Positions 35,323 through 36,439 of a stretch of DNA of 36,439 bases are shown here, in pieces. The DNA lies in contig CAYJRR010000035.1 of NCBI GenBank assembly GCA_964372275.1, positions 1 through 36,439 of the forward strand, in the 5' to 3' direction. The position numbers were made by a program, and so were the translations under genes. The notes beneath the pieces were generated by a model. The model did not search any database. It saw nothing but the letters and a program-made list of their open reading frames with translations, and was not told the DNA's origin. Source of the stretch: an uncultured bacterium (GTDB taxonomy: Bacteria > CAYJRR01). Positions within the stretch are counted from its first letter, which is position 1. Each line of letters opens with the position of its first letter.

Positions 35323-36439
35323 GATCCCTCCAACGCCTGCTCGAGATCGGCGACCAGGTCCTCGGGCTCCTCCAGTCCGATCGAAAGCCGCACGAATCCG
35401 GGGGCGATCCCGGCCGCGGCGAGCGCCGCGTCGTCCAGCTGCCGGTGGCTCGTCGCCGAAGGGAGGATCGCCAGCGAGTGCGCGTCCCCCAGCGACCCGG
35501 CGCGCACGAACAGGCGCAGGCGCTCGACCACGCGCGCGGTACGCCGGCGATCTCCGTCGATCTCGAACGCCACCATCCCGCCGAAACCTCGCGGGAGGAG
35601 CCGCTTCGCCAGGGTGTGCTGCGGATGGCTGGGCCGCCCCGGATAGACGACCCGACGCACCGCCCGGTGACCGGACAGTCTCTCCGCGATCGCCGCCGCG
35701 GCGGCGCCGTGCCGGTCCATCCGCAGCGCGAGCGTCTTCAGGCCCCGCAGCGCCAACCACGCCGAGAACGGCTCGAGCGAGGCCCCCAGCTCGATCCGCA
35801 TCTTCCGCACCCGGGCCATCGCGGCGGCGCTTCCGGCGCAGATCCCGGCGATCAGGTCACCGTGCCCTCCGAGGTATTTCGTCGCGCTGTGCACCGTCAC
35901 GTCGGCGCCGAGCGCGCAGGGTCGCGCGAGCCAGGGCGTGGCGAAGGTCGAGTCGACCACCAGCAGGGCGCCCGCCGAGCGGGCGATCTCGGCCAGGCCG
36001 GGGATGTCGGCGACCGCGAGCGCCGGATTGCCGATCGTCTCCGCGTAGACGATCCGGGTCCGGGGTCCGCAGGCGCGTTTCACCGCCCCCAAGTCGGTCG
36101 CGTCGACGAAGGTGGTCTCGATCCCGAACCGCGGCAGGAGGTCGCGGAACAGCGAGAAGGTGCCGCCGTAGAGCGACGCGGGGGCGACGATCCGATCGCC
36201 GGCGGCGCAATGGGCCGCGACGACGGCGTGGATCGCCGCCATCCCCGACCCGAACGCCACCGCCGCCTCCGTCTCCTCGAGGTCGGCGAGCGCGCGCTCG
36301 AAGACGTCGACCGTCGGGTTCGCGACGCGCGAGTACATGAACCCGGCGTCCGGATCGCGCAGCGTGCGGGCCATCCCATCGACGTCGTCGAAGGCGAACG
36401 AGGCGGTCTGGAAGATCGGCACCGCGACCGACCGGCTGG
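35319..36439 (-). CDS. PLP-dependent trans-sulfuration enzyme (cystathionine gamma-synthase/lyase, methionine gamma-lyase family), 5'-truncated by the window
   Basis: YSRVANPT, FGSGMAAI, DSTFATP, HSATKYLGGHGD, RLSIGLE; frame stays open to the window edge. Confidence 0.92.
   Translation of the reverse strand, partial: SRSVAVPIFQTASFAFDDVDGMARTLRDPDAGFMYSRVANPTVDVFERALADLEETEAAVAFGSGMAAIHAVVAAHCAAGDRIVAPASLYGGTFSLFRDLLPRFGIETTFVDATDLGAVKRACGPRTRIVYAETIGNPALAVADIPGLAEIARSAGALLVVDSTFATPWLARPCALGADVTVHSATKYLGGHGDLIAGICAGSAAAMARVRKMRIELGASLEPFSAWLALRGLKTLALRMDRHGAAAAAIAERLSGHRAVRRVVYPGRPSHPQHTLAKRLLPRGFGGMVAFEIDGDRRRTARVVERLRLFVRAGSLGDAHSLAILPSATSHRQLDDAALAAAGIAPGFVRLSIGLEEPEDLVADLEQALEGS

Overview
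GC-rich bacterial DNA, probably a metagenome-assembled Myxococcota/deltaproteobacterium-like genome (inferred from gene content; there is a 10-N scaffold gap at 8642-8651). It is densely coding, with about 32 CDS. I found no rRNA, tRNA, CRISPR array, transposase or integrase. Housekeeping and metabolic genes: RlmL-like methylase fragment, SDR, KimA-like transporter, TolB-like propeller, DEDDh exonuclease, RRM protein, GMC oxidoreductase pair, two histidine kinases, NDH-2-like enzyme, fhs, M16 peptidase pair, gluQ, yqgE, queF, udk, VIT-vWA protein, aldehyde dehydrogenase and a trans-sulfuration enzyme. Most notable: (1) a nucleotidyltransferase-BON-metallophosphoesterase operon, divergent from a 3'-5' exonuclease, that looks like a writer/eraser module; (2) dispersed secreted proteins (Tgl-like transglutaminase, DUF4781-like protein, phospholipase D, VIT-vWA), each preceded by a sigma54-type -24/-12 motif; (3) a 55-aa highly basic ORF missing from the ORF track, behind a near-consensus leaderless sigma70 promoter; (4) an orphan circularly permuted ATP-grasp-like ligase; (5) an AT-rich heptamer/inverted-repeat element; (6) apparent ATC and CTG start codons. 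Family assignments come from motif recognition by eye; no searches were run.
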